Assembly (NCBI RefSeq): GCF_001194135.2
Contig: NC_068982.1
Location: 136,282,147 to 136,346,146 of the forward strand
From: Octopus bimaculoides
Lineage: Eukaryota
Length of the DNA: 64,000 nt
Reading direction: 5' to 3'
Part shown: piece by piece, positions 10,018 to 22,931 of the stretch
How positions within the stretch are numbered: position 1 is the first letter of the stretch
Layout of the letters: each line of letters opens with the position of its first letter
Program-made: the position numbers and the translations under genes
Notes under the pieces: generated by a model
Databases searched by the model: none
What the model was told of the DNA's origin: nothing
The model's input: only the letters and a program-made list of their open reading frames with translations

Positions 10018-11300
10018 TAAGGTTGTCAAGTATGAAATTTGTAGAAAAGAAAAAAAAGTTTGCTAATGTTTTATAAATACAAGGAATAGTTTTATTCATC
10101 AAAGTACGCACCCATATTGTCAATACACTTGTGCCATTTCAGCGGTAGCTTGTCCAGCCCGGAACTGTAAAAGCCTGGCAATCTAGAGTCAATAAAATCT
10201 TGGAAGGCCTGTTTTACAGCCTCGTCGGAATCAAATTTTTTCCTATCAAAATTTATTCAAATTCTAGAAGAAATGGTGGTCACTGGGGCAAGATCAGGTG
10301 AGTATGGTGGATGATGGAAAACTTCTATCTCCAACTCCTGTAGTTTCATCAATGTCATTTCTGTGATGTGTGGTCTGGCGTTGTCTTGCAATAAAATAGG
10401 AGTGGATCTGTTGACTAATCTAGGTTGTTTTGTTTGTAAGTTTCTGCATCATTTGGTCCAGTTGGCTGCAGTATACTTCGAGCGTGACTGATGAGCCAGG
10501 TGTAATGAAATCATAATGGATTACACCTGCGCCAGACCACCAAAACACACCATCAGCTTCTTTTGATGAATTTTGCTTTTTGGACTGTGTTTTGGTGACT
10601 CGTCTTTGTTCAGCAATTGTGCTGAACGTTTACGGTTGTTGTATTGGATCCATTTCTCATCACATATTACAATTCGATTCAAAAATGATTCATTTTTGTG
10701 ACGAGAAAGTAGCGTAATGCAGATTTCTAAACGTTGTTGTTTCTAATTTTCATTGGGTTCATGTGGAACGCACTTATCCAAATTTTTCACTTTACCGATT
10801 TGGATTAAGTGAGTCAATATTGTTTGCTTTCTAATACCAGACAACATTAATAATTCACGAGCACTTTGAGATGGATCTGACTTGCCAGTGGCTTTCAGTT
10901 CATCATTATGCCCCTTTGTTTCTGGTTTCCCGCGTTGCTCATTTGTGAAGTCAAATTTACCAGAACGAAATTTTGAAAACCAATTTGATACTGTCTGCTA
11001 TGTAATAACATTAGAATGAAATACTCCATTAATATTACGAGCTGTCAGTGATGCTTTATTTCCAAGAAAGAACTCATATTTCAAAACTGTACAAATTTCC
11101 ACCATATCCATCTCTAAACAAAAATAGCAAAACACGATTTAAAATACTTCATAAAGCGCAAAACGAGTTAGAATAAAGAAATAGATGTGTCAGCTTTCTA
11201 AGAAAAGATAAAGACTGTCAGAATAGGATAATAGTGCAAAATGAGCAGCTGTCAAATTTTACCATATACCTTACTACAAATTTCATACTTGATGACCTGA
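10018..11300 (-). mobile_element. Full-length mariner DNA transposon (about 1283 bp), transposase pseudogene
   Basis: Approximately 27-bp TIRs at 10018-10044 and 11274-11300 share a TCAAGTATGAAATTTGTAG core, with TA at 11301-11302. The minus-strand translation gives IVICDEKWIQYNN, LLQDNARPH and HPPYSPDLAP motifs and ends KLPLKWHKCIDNMGAYFDE*. Stops and frameshifts are present. Confidence 0.93.
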
Positions 11301-12489
11301 TAAAACGTGTTTCGAGTAGTTTTCTTAAAAAGAGTTCTTAATCTCCTACTCAGTAAAAACATTTCTTTATATGAAAGCATGAGCGTGGGCGAGCGCGCTC
11401 GTGAGCATATATGTGTGGAATGTGAATCTGTGTGTGCATCCATCTGTGTGTGAATTCCTCTCCGATGGTTAAGCTATTCTTGTTAAACTGTCCTTTGTAA
11501 CACCTCCATTAGGGGATATCTACCACAGTTGTTGTGAATCAACAAAGATTTCATAGAAATCTCTTACGACATGTCGTATATGAAATCAACTCTAATTGGT
11601 TTGTGCATTCAAGCAGAGAGTAAATAGTTTTGTACTATTAGTTATTTTTCAGAATTGGAATTGGTTTGTCAAAAGACGCTAAGTAGTTGTTAAATGCGTT
11701 CGGTTATACCTAATGGTTTCTATGTAAAAATTCCTTGGATTCAGACCCTGGAACTGGCAGCGTTGTGCAGCCTTTATACATCTTACTTATTTTAGCACTG
11801 CGGCAGTAATAATCGTATTTGAAAAGTTGTCAGAGACACGTTGTGTTTTTGAGCGTCATATCCATGGCGTTCTGAAGCTCTCTGGCTAAATATTTACACA
11901 CGTAGTTTAACACTGAAATTGTGGTTAATGTGGTTGCTATGGAATGAATATACATTTAATTGAAAGAGCTAATCAAACTAAGAGGAGTTTATGGCAATAA
12001 CCGACAGTCTGTCGATGTATTTACATTAATGTATTGAAATGTTATTTAGTACATTACCCTCAAGTAACATTTCGTGTCATATAAATGTCGTTCAGAATCA
12101 CCTAGCGGGATGCTTTGATATTTAATAGTATGTTCACTGAATTTCTAACAATGTTGACATGATACTGTAGTTGTGCTTGAGGATGTAAATGTTGCTCACT
12201 CTCTTGGACTCGCATTCATTCTCACAGCATTCAATTTCTTTCGGGAAGTGAATATGTTCCTAAAGGTCTGGTTTACTTTTAGTCTGGCTTCGCTATTTAT
12301 TTTCAATTTGTAATTGTTCAGTTTTGACGGTTTAATCATTTTCATATTGTAACGCCGCGCCACTTGTTATGCGTCTGTCTGTGTCTAAAATAGTTGCATC
12401 GCTTGAGACAGAATTAGAAGGAGCTCCAATCAAAGCATTGTTAGTATGTGGAAGTATGTTTCAAGATTTGGGAGTTGCCGATACACAGT

Positions 12490-12694
12490 ATTTAAGAGAT
12501 AGATAGATAGATAGATAGATACATACATACATACATACATACATACATACATACATACATGCATGCATACATACATACATACATACATACATACATACGT
12601 ACATACATACACACATACATACATACATACATACATACATACATACACATACACATACATAGAGAGCGGGTGAGAGAGGGTAAGGGAAGAGAGC

Positions 12695-12727
<33 letters not shown>

Positions 12728-12735
12728 CGAGAGAG
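12490..12735. repeat. Compound microsatellite (GATA)n(CATA)n(GA)n
   Basis: Read directly from the sequence. Confidence 0.95.
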
Positions 12736-12744
12736 AAAGAAAGA

Positions 12745-13680
12745 ACTCTGTAAAGATTGCTCTCTTCCCAGTTGCTATGTAGTCTTTCAAGTTTATTCTA
12801 TATCGGAATTCTATTATTATTTTCTGCAACTATGATTGAAAATGTACCATGCAAAGCCTCCTATTTCCAGTCAGATAATCTTGCTTCTTTTCTTTGGCTT
12901 TTAATTACATTTGGAGTTCTGGATTCTATATCTCCTACTGTTACACTAGCACCTCTACATAAAATTTCCGCACTGTTACCTATATAGAAATCTATATCTG
13001 CTCTAGCTAACTCCACACAATCTCCTACTGATTTTAAACCACCGCCACAATCTTTTCTCAGTAAATAATATCTTGCTACTCCTCCTCTAGGATGAAGTCC
13101 TCCATTTATATTAAACTTCTTATAAGTTCTTCAGTCTAGATTTACTAATTTAAATTTTATCCAATGTACGATATCTAAGTAACGACGCTGCCAAGTATTT
13201 ACAAACTTCGCTAGATTCGAACCATTCAGCTTTGACTATATTAACTTCTTTAACCGTACTACATCCCCATAATGATTAACTAGCTTTTCCCAAATATCAC
13301 TCCAATATTTTCTAGCTTTTTACGTATTAGGTTTCTCTCCTATAGTACAATCTTCTACACTGTTTATTGGGCGATGAAATCTCCTCTGATCTGTTTCAAA
13401 CAATCTGTTCTGTTGACACTGATGTATTCTTTTCTGATATCCGGAAAGCTTACTGATAGCTATTGCTAAGATACGCTGTTTCAGCTCTTCCATGGCTATC
13501 CCAAATGCTTTCTCTTTGGCTAAGTATTTTATTTGAAGGGAAAATCAAAATCTTGTTTTCTAGTTTGCCCTGTTTCCACGCCTCTATTTTATTAAGCTTT
13601 TTTCTCAAAGTTTTCACTTTATTTTCTAATATCCTTTTCTACGACATGGCGACGTGGTGATCTTATTAACATACAAAACA
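12745..13680 (-). mobile_element. R4/Dong-type RLE LINE remnant (internally deleted)
   Basis: Broken translation EELKQRIL..KLSGYQKRIHQCQQNRLFETDQRRFH...YWSDIWEK, then GGLHPRGGVARYYLLRKDCGGGLKSV and WK*EALHG. These are typical R4/Dong segments before and after the RT. Confidence 0.7.
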
Positions 13681-13869
13681 CAAGATCTTCTATGTAGTAT
13701 CTAGTTAGAATTGTCTTCATGTCGAGTTCCCCAGTCAAATAGTCTCTGCACTGTGAATATTCATATGCAATCTTCATGTCGCGCAAGTATGCTTGTGCCT
13801 GAATGCATGTGCCTGGCGTACTCTTATCAGACGAGTATTCATGATGAGCATATTGGACTTCAAAATTTT

Positions 13870-15810
13870 GCTTATTATTATTTAGATCAGTCTAAAGCCT
13901 TCGATAGGGTCGACCATCGATACCTGGCAGCTGTTCTCAAGGCAGCTGGCTTCGGTCCGGTCTTCCGCGGGTGGATAGCTGCTTTATACAGCGGCATCTG
14001 CTCGGTCATACGGGTGAACGGCCATCTATCGGAACCGTTCAACATCTCGCGTTCGGTTCGCCAAGGGTGTCCTCTCTCCTCCCTTCTGTATTTATTGACT
14101 CTCGAGCCATTACTGCGGAAGTTGGAGGTTTTGAGGGGCGTCCCGCACGATCTGGGATGTGGAAGGAGCGTGTCTGCCTANNNNNNNNNNNNNNNNNNNN
14201 NNNNNNNNNNNNNNNNNNNNNNNNNNNNNNNNNNNNNNNNNNNNNNNNNNNNNNNNNNNNNNNNNNNNNNNNNNNNNNNNNNNNNNNNNNNNNNNNNNNN
14301 NNNNNNNNNNNNNNNNNNNNNNNNNNNNNNNNNNNNNNNNNNNNNNNNNNNNNNNNNNNNNNNNNNNNNNNNNNNNNNNNNNNNNNNNNNNNNNNNNNNN
14401 NNNNNNNNNNNNNNNNNNNNNNNNNNNNNNNNNNNNNNNNNNNNNNNNNNNNNNNNNNNNNNNNNNNNNNNNNNNNNNNNNNNNNNNNNNNNNNNNNNNN
14501 NNNNNNNNNNNNNNNNNNNNNNNNNNNNNNNNNNNNNNNNNNNNNNNNNTTCCTGGACGGTAAACAGGTGTGGTCGCCTTTCGTCAGACGCGATTTTCAG
14601 CAGCTCGTTTCTTTAACAGAGCTGCAATCCTGGATCAAACGTAGACCGAGAAAGGGCGCTTGGCACCTTGAGTGCCGCCAAGCTCTCACCGCCCTCAGTC
14701 AGGCGGGCAGTGCGATCGGTAGTAGCTCCACTCTAGCGTTCTATAGAGGGTTAGTGGGAGAAAAGTGCGACGACGTTCTCGGGGAAACTCTAGGCGTCGA
14801 AGATAATCTGCTAAACAGTCTGTTCAGGAGAACTTTCGGGCCGGGTAATTTCGGGCCGGATAATTTCCAAAGGTCCCTCGCCTGGCAGTGCTACCGAGGT
14901 GCGCTACCTGTTCGAGATAAACTCTACCGACACGGAAGTACCGTCAACCGAGCCTGCCCGAGGTGCGCTCAGGACGACGAAACCGTTCTGCACGCACTCG
15001 TCCAGTGCCCGAGCATTGCTGACCTGTGGGTCTATATCGAACAGCTACTGTCACGTGTAAGAGGGATCCGGCTATCAGCTGAATCCATCGTGAGAATTGA
15101 CCCGCCGACCTCCTTTAACCAGGAGGGCAAGGCAATTTTCCTATGCCTAGTGGCTTTAGCGAAAGAAGTGATATGGTGGACCCGTTTGAAAGGGCTAAAG
15201 ACAGACACTTTCCNNNNNNNNNNNNNNNNNNNNNNNNNNNNNNNNNNNNNNNNNNNNNNNNNNNNNNNNNNNNNNNNNNNNNNNNNNNNNNNNNNNNNNN
15301 NNNNNNNNNNNNNNNNNNNNNNNNNNNNNNNNNNNNNNNNNNNNNNNNNNNNNNNNNNNNNNNNNNNNNNNNNNNNNNNNNNNNNNNNNNNNNNNNNNNN
15401 NNNNNNNNNNNNNNNNNNNNNNNNNNNNNNNNNNNNNNNNNNNNNNNNNNNNNNNNNNNNNNNNNNNNNNNNNNNNNNNNNNNNNNNNNNNNNNNNNNNN
15501 NNNNNNNNNNNNNNNNNNNNNNNNNNNNNNNNNNNNNNNNNNNNNNNNNNNNNNNNNNNNNNNNNNNNNNNNNNNNNNNNNNNNNNNNNNNNNNNNNNNN
15601 NNNNNNNNNNNNNNNNNNNNNNNNNNNNNNNNNNNNNNNNAGTTCTACTTATTTATTTATCTATTTATTTATTATATCTTTCTCCGTTTTCTTCCTCTGT
15701 TTAGACGAACTTTCCTACCTTTTCGGACAAAACCTTTTGTAACCTTCGTCCTGTCTTTGTCCTTATATGTTTTTAATTGATATTAGCCCTTGTGGCCAAT
15801 AAAACGAATT
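13870..15810 (+). mobile_element. L1/Tx1-clade LINE, second copy, 5'-truncated (two assembly gaps inside)
   Basis: LDQSKAFDRVDH and SVRQGCPLSSLLYLL motifs, then an open 14550-15213 stretch with LAWQCYRGALP...CPRC...ETVLHALVQCP. The 3' UTR has AATAAA at 15798-15803 followed by (ATT)n. It is homologous to 3915-7727 but less decayed. Confidence 0.9.
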
Positions 15811-15811
15811 A

Positions 15812-15862
<51 letters not shown>

Positions 15863-15880
15863 GTTGTTGTTGTTGTTGTT

Positions 15881-15914
<34 letters not shown>

Positions 15915-15937
15915 TCATCATCATCATCATCATCATC
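15811..15937. repeat. Compound trinucleotide ladder (ATT)n(GTT)n(GTC)n(ATC)n
   Basis: Read directly from the sequence. Confidence 0.95.
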
Positions 15938-15944
15938 CGTCTGA

Positions 15945-16610
15945 TAAGTTTCTTCTGGCTTAAAATCAGAAACAACAGGGTTTATCATAGCGGCCCAAGA
16001 TCAATGTCTACCTACATGAAGCTCCCACGCCAACATCGTAAACAATGGCAGTAGCTCATGTCGTGCATGTAAATAATAAAATGAAACCATTGATCATGCT
16101 GTCACTATGTGTATCCTTCTTGCTCTACAGAGTATCTCAAGAGGTATGACAGAGCATCACAGTATATTCACTGGGTAATTTGCAAAGACGTGAGCCTGTT
16201 CCATTATAAAATCTAGTGAAAACACAACCCACTTCTAATGCTAGAAAATGATCGCATCGCACTACTTTTAAACCTTACTGTTCAAACTCACAGAAAGGCA
16301 TATGAAAATAGGCCAGACATTCATTATATTGAAGAACTTCAGACAAAAGATATTATTGTCTCAGTCGACATAAATGTATCTGTCAAGACTTACAAACATT
16401 TGAGCAAGTATAAACATCTTGAAATAGAAATTGGCAAAGTTTAAAACCTCATGACTAAAAGATTACTTGTCATAGGTGCCCAAAGAATGATAGCAAAAGA
16501 GGTTGATTGCTACCTATCTCAGATACCAGGGAAACTTATAATGGTAGAAATTCAAAATATCGTGCGCGTGAGAACTCCTCATATCCTGAAAAACAAATTG
16601 TCAAATCCCC
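15945..16610 (+). mobile_element. R4/Dong-type RLE LINE 3' fragment
   Basis: SSGLKSETTGFIIAAQDQCLP, CRAC..NETIDH (CCHC remnant), RPDI, KYKHLEIEI and LVIGA...IQNIVRVRTPHILK motifs. Confidence 0.8.
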
Positions 16611-18157
16611 AAATATTTAAATCTGTAAACAGTGTCAAAATACTTTTAAATGTACGTAATAACAAAAATATTTTACTGTCATATGTTGTTTATCTTTCTA
16701 TAGGATCACCATATCGCGCGCGTATGGTTGCCACCCACGTATTAATTGCTCTAATCTTATAGCGGCAATTTAGTTTCGATTGGAGTACAAAGAGGTATCT
16801 CTCATGGTGCCATTTATATTTTGCCAAATGATAATGACACAATGCTTCAAATAATGAACCTTTACATAATAATTGTGATTAACTTTGACATAAAGGTGAA
16901 CAGTTTTGACTGCAAAAGTATGTAGAATCTATATAGAGTATTAATAGTACCAGCTCTTGATTCAATTATAACGAGGTTCGTGGTAGTAAAAGCAAATTGA
17001 AACTAGCTAGGGTTTTAATTGAAAACATGGATGTTACGTATTCTTGTCTTGTATCTTTTGTTCAGGTCTCTATTGGCTTTGTCTTCTTCCATTTGAATAA
17101 AACGCTTATCAGTCAAATAACTCACAAAAAATTCTCGCTAGATATTAAGTTAACTGAAACACAATCAATGTATGCAGCAGTAATATGCTTAAAAAGGGAA
17201 TTACACCTTTGATCATAGTTTTCTTTGACGCGGATTGCTCTGAGGTTAATGAATATCAACTACATGAAGTTAGGTGCCATGTATACAGGGAAGCAAGATA
17301 ATTGCGCAACATATTATAAGAAATGACAGTCATATACCAGCATAGATTATACTGGCAATTTCGACAAAACTAATAGCAGCTGTTTTAGTCGTTTTTGCTT
17401 TCGTAGTTTCTAGTTTCCATATCGAAAACGTCCGTCATGTTAGAGATGTTTCGTTTAGAGTCGCATTGATATAACGATAATTCTCTTAGTATAACTATTA
17501 TCATAATAGCCTCTAGTATATGTTGTCTTGTAAATGTTATTAAATACCTACTATGACGTAAATGTAAACTTTGTTTTGTTTGTTTCCCATTTATGTAAGA
17601 TGGTTCTACTGAAATTTCTTAAATGTCATATTTTACTTGATGACTGCGTCATTAGATTCAGGATTCAATACCACCATATTACTAGCAGCATGGTTGTTGT
17701 TCATATTTTCATTTATCCGTGTTCGAGAATGTATCGAATCAAAGGCATTTCATTTGAAACAATTCAATACTTTACATAAAGTACTACATTCAGATCAGTG
17801 TTAGCAAATGTATTCATTTTTAAGGTGATACGACGTGATTTGAGGGATATTGGTTTACTATTTCTAACAAATAAAGCAACAAGATACATTTGTTGTCTCG
17901 TCTTGTATAACTCTTTATTAAGTTATATGACGTGAAACATTGTTAAGAAATCCTCTTTTGTTTGTGTGTGTTGAAAAAAGCAGTTCAATATATCACTAGT
18001 TACAACAGTAGAGGCAACGCTCGATAAATTACATTATACTACATTATCATTCTTTCAAAACAAATTTTGTATTCAGGTTTGATTAGCAAAAAGTCATTTA
18101 TGGGAACAGTGTTGTTTTTCATAACTTCGTATTTCTATTTCAATGCACCATGCGCGT

Positions 18158-18513
18158 TTACTCTTTGACTCTTTTACTTGTTTGAGTCATTCGACGGCAG
18201 CCATGCTGGGGCACTGCCTTTAGTCGTAGAAATCGAGCCCAGGACTTATTCTTTGTAAGCCTAGTACTTATTCTATCGGTCACGCTAGGTGACGGAGACG
18301 TAAACACACCAGCATCGGTTGTCAAGCGATGTTGGAGGACAAAGACACACAAACATATACACGCATACATATATATACATACATATATACGACGGGATTC
18401 ATTCAGTTTCCGCCTACGAAATCCACTCACAAGGCTTTGGTCGGCCCGAATTTATAGAAAAAGACACTTGTCTAAGGTGCCACGCTACTTACCACACAGC
18501 CACTCTTGCACCT
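18158..18513 (-). mobile_element. tRNA-derived SINE, family B (head partly deleted)
   Basis: Reverse complement: GAGTGGCTGTGTGGTAAGTAGC head, internal (TA/TG) tract, GACAACCGATGCTGGTGTGTTTACGTC and tail GGCAGTGCCCCAGCATGGCTGCCG...GTAAAAGAG. Confidence 0.85.
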
Positions 18514-19159
18514 ATTTGCTGACAAATATATAATATCTTTCTTCAAGCTTTTATATTTGCCAGTCTAACATTAGTAGGTATCTTTATAGACATCTGGCAA
18601 TGAATTTCGGTGTTGATTGCAGCAAAAAAAATGGTTTAATAAAATCGAAAGCTCTGTGCTATTTGCTTAGTTCCTTGCAGTTAAGTATAGAATAGAATCC
18701 TAGAATCCTAGAAAAGGGAAAGTGGTTGGTTTACATTGAAATGCTTGCCTAAATGTTTCTCTTGGCAAGACTTCATTCACATAGTTGTTTTCATTTCCTT
18801 CTCCAAGGAAGGTTTCATGTCTAAGAATTCTCTCCTTGGCTGCACTGCTTCCCAAAATGGAAATAAAGTAAGATTCGTAGTGCTAAATATATTATACCGG
18901 AATGCATCGTCATAATCATCACTTTCTTTATATTTAATAAGGAATTTATATATTCCATCTAGTTTTAATCAGTTACAAGCTAACATCGATTGCGTGACGT
19001 AATTCGAAAAGGTTACTGTTTTAAGCGATGTCATTTAAAACTAGTATTATCTAATAAAAATATACATATTATAATTGAAACATTTTATATAAACTTATTT
19101 TCTAGTCTGGAAATGAAATAATGATTACAGTTTATTTATTAATAATATACAAGCAAGGA

Positions 19160-20050
19160 AACGCAAATCCTAAGTGGCGTCTTCCAGGAAACTACCCTGG
19201 GGTGCTTACTGTTCATAATAGCCCTCTTAGACATGCCTACCGTCATTCAGACAGACGATGTAACTAGCTATGCCGATGATATAAAGTTATCACAAGCAAT
19301 AAAAAACCAAGTTGATGTCGTAAGCTGACAGCGGGACCTGAATACGATATACAACTGGGCCGAAATAAGCATCATCCAGTTTAATGCTGGGAAATTTGAA
19401 GCACTGAACTATCAAATCACGAATGTGCTACACCCTGCATATAGAGGACACGGAGGCTTGCAATCCCAGAGTCACAGGCAATGAAAGACTTGGGGATCAG
19501 TATTTGCAAAGGCGCATCATTTTTTTTTTCATGAACATTACCAAGATGGCAGCAAAGTGCAGACAACTGGCAACATGGATACTGAGGTCCCTCAGAACAA
19601 TAGACCAAGAAAGTATGTTGACCATGTGAAGAACCTTTGTTCTCAGCTGCCTGGACTACTACTCCCACTTATGGTCACCACATAGTGCCAGACTAACAGC
19701 GGAGTTTGAAGCAGTCCAACGCCAGTAATCTATAGAGTTTGAAACAGTGCAGTAGATGAGCTACAGGGATAGGCTGAGAAAACTGTTGCTCTTCAATATC
19801 CTGCTAAAAAAATTAAGAAATCTGCATAAGGTAGAGGGCTTCAAAAAGGAACAACACATCTTCCTCATCACAATACCGAATGAAACAACAGCCGGACATG
19901 AGGTACAGACAAGAGCAGCGGAATCAAACTCTCTTATACGTTAAATGGGCCAGAATCTGGGACAAAAGTACATACAGGAGTGGTGATGTGAAACACCCCG
20001 GACTGAGGAGATCAGAAAGACCACGGCTGAAACGAGGAAAAGAATAAAAG
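19160..20050 (+). mobile_element. CR1/L2-group LINE, RT C-terminal half, decayed
   Basis: SGVFQETTLG.LLFII, YADDIKL, QRDLNTIYNW...FNAGKF, LDY.SHLWSP and FEAVQR...MSYRDRLRKL motifs. It ends GGCTGAAACGAGGAAAAGAATAAAAGAG. Confidence 0.85.
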
Positions 20051-20095
20051 AGAATATATATCTATATCTATACATAGACACACACACACATATAA

Positions 20096-20129
<34 letters not shown>

Positions 20130-20958
20130 TTGTATATATATATATATATATATATANNNNNNNNNNNNNNNNNNNNNNNNNNNNNNNNNNNNNNNNNNNN
20201 NNNNNNNNNNNNNNNNNNNNNNNNNNNNNNNNNNNNNNNNNNNNNNNNNNNNNNNNNNNNNNNNNNNNNNNNNNNNNNNNNNNNNNNNNNNNNNNNNNNN
20301 NNNNNNNNNNNNNNNNNNNNNNNNNNNNNNNNNNNNNNNNNNNNNNNNNNNNNNNNNNNNNNNNNNNNNNNNNNNNNNNNNNNNNNNNNNNNNNNNNNNN
20401 NNNNNNNNNNNNNNNNNNNNNNNNNNNNNNNNNNNNNNNNNNNNNNNNNNNNNNNNNNNNNNNNNNNNNNNNNNNNNNNNNNNNNNNNNNNNNNNNNNNN
20501 NNNNNNNNNNNNNNNNNNNNNNNNNNNNNNNNNNNNNNNNNNNNNNNNNNNNNNNNNNNNNNNNNNNNNNNNNNNNNNNNNNNNNNNNNNNNNNNNNNNN
20601 NNNNNNNNNNNNNNNNNNNNNNNNNNNNNNNNNNNNNNNNNNNNNNNNNNNNNNNNNNNNNNNNNNNNNNNNNNNNNNNNNNNNNNNNNNNNNNNNNNNN
20701 NNNNNNNNNNNNNNNNNNNNNNNNNNNNNNNNNNNNNNNNNNNNNNNNNNNNNNNNNNNNNNNNNNNNNNNNNNNNNNNNNNNNNNNNNNNNNNNNNNNN
20801 NNNNNNNNNNNNNNNNNNNNNNNNNNNNNNNNNNNNNNNNNNNNNNNNNNNNNNNNNNNNNNNNNNNNNNNNNNNNNNNNNNNNNNNNNNNNNNNNNNNN
20901 NNNNNNNNNNNNNNNNNNNNNNNNNNNNNNNNNNNNNNNNNNNNNNNNNNNNNNNNNN

Positions 20959-20989
<31 letters not shown>

Positions 20990-21663
20990 AATACCATTCA
21001 ATATACACATGATTTAGATACGAGCTACTATTAATTTCATGGAGTGAAACCACAATAGACTGGCAAATTCATATATCAAGCCTGGTGTTTCCAACCAATA
21101 TTTCAAACTCAAATATGGAACATAGACGCTCTCTTCAGAAACGAAAAAGAATAATAAATAAACAAAGAAAATACAACGGATAAAATGCTGGTCTCTCAAA
21201 AAACACCACGAAAAAGGACAAAAGGAAGATAAAGGTGAAAAGTGGGAAAATAGCAAAACAGTTGAAGAGGTAAAAGGAAAAAAAATAAGATAATGATAAT
21301 AATATATATGTATGTATGTATATATACATGTGTGTGTGTGTGTGTGCAAGTGTGTGTGCTTGCGTATATATATNNNNNNNNNNNNNNNNNNNNNNNNNNN
21401 NNNNNNNNNNNNNNNNNNNNNNNNNNNNNNNNNNNNNNNNNNNNNNNNNNNNNNNNNNNNNNNNNNNNNNNNNNNNNNNNNNNNNNNNNNNNNNNNNNNN
21501 NNNNNNNNNNNNNNNNNNNNNNNNNNNNNNNNNNNNNNNNNNNNNNNNNNNNNNNNNNNNNNNNNNNNNNNNNNNNNNTATATATATATATATATATATG
21601 TGTTTACATTAAAACAGACACGAACAATTATATTTCTTAAATTTGACAGAAATGACGAGGTTG

Positions 21664-21735
21664 TTTAGCTGGTGTAAAGGTAACACACTTAGTCACGTTA
21701 ACAAAGGAATATGGATTCGATTCCCACGCGGAGAG
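21664..21735 (+). pseudogene. Degenerate tRNA-like or SINE-head relic
   Basis: A-box-like TGGTGTAAAGG and B-box-like GGATTCGATTCC at tRNA-like spacing. The acceptor stem does not pair. Confidence 0.3.
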
Positions 21736-21949
21736 GAAATCCTTCTTTTTCTCTGTCGAGAGCTTATATGCCCCTTTATTACAATATTTTCCTTAGTCAT
21801 TGTACGGTAATCGCCATAAACTTTAAGCTGATATAAAAATACCATTATTATTGTTTACAAGATTGTAAACTCGGCGCTGTATAAATACAAACCATTCGCA
21901 CAGAAATATATATATATGATATTTTGAATTTATTTCACAGACCCCAAAC

Positions 21950-22012
21950 ACTACCATTGCGGACAACCAGGGGACCGCGGATCCCAGGCTGGGAGTCACT
22001 GATATAGAACAA
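21950..22012 (+). mobile_element. hAT (Charlie-like) MITE terminus
   Basis: GGGGACCGCGGATCCCAGGCTGGGAGTCACTG. Its reverse complement CAGTGACTCCCAGCCTGGGATCCGCGG resembles CAGTGGTTCCCAACC-type hAT ends. No partner end is seen. Confidence 0.4.
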
Positions 22013-22884
22013 CTTGTTCGTAGGCGACGAGTTTTCTGTAAAATAAAATATTGTTTTCAAGACGGATCAATTTCTAATTAATATCGAATAAATAATATCC
22101 ACCAACGGGAGAAAATATTGCAAACATCTTGATTTAAAGGCTTCAATGTCTATTAATATTACTATTTTAGGAGTAATTCTCAATTGGTTATATTCATACC
22201 AATATAGATTATTATGTCTAGTCTCTATACATATTAATGTTAAATCACATTTCTTAAGACTTCGATGTAACTCAACCAGGCTAGTAGCTGATTTCGCCAC
22301 AGCCACATAACAGTATTGAACAAACTAAAAAACCCGAGCGTCTGGACAATGCCTGGAAGGCAATGGAATTCTCCTGACAAAACATGTATTTACACCGATA
22401 GGAAATACATTGGCCTATTAGAGTATCATTCAGCAAGAAAGTATATTATATACCTTGAATGGAACATTGTAATTTCTTTAGCATATTGACATTTTTCAAA
22501 TGTCTTGGTGAAACTGATCTAAGACTTGAAAAAGCTTCATATGTCAACAAGATTTAGAAAATATAATTGTGCACAGTTTTTGATAAAATGTAAGCATGAA
22601 CATAATGTTCAAATTCTGAAGCATATATAGATCATATACCTACCTACCTACCTACCTACCTACATGCATGCATACATACATAATGTATATACAATTAGAC
22701 ACATGCAACAAACACACACATATATAGATATTTGCCAATTCGTAGAGGTACGAAAAACTAAATTATTTCATATGCAGCGCTTTTCCTTTCTTATATGTGC
22801 ATGTATCCATATGCATAGGCTCATACACAGACATGTATGCAAGTATAGTTGTATATATACACGTATATATATACATATATACAT

Positions 22885-22931
<47 letters not shown>

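Noticed and set aside
20012-21034. Long ORFs spanning N-runs (also 13711-15742, 23874-24255, 25075-26071, 36485-36918, 37702-38123, 55935-56805)
   Set aside because: Their length comes from X codons in assembly gaps. Only the LINE and PLE portions are real coding relics.
21060-21150. Possible hammerhead (CUGAAGA-GAGC...GUUC) on the minus strand
   Set aside because: No GAAA follows stem II and there is no UH cleavage site or stem I partner.
22067-22306. Protein-looking short ORFs (22067-22306, 27949-28248, 53034-53276, 54624-54884)
   Set aside because: No recognisable domain or convincing paired splice sites. ORFs of 80-100 codons can arise by chance in 64 kb.
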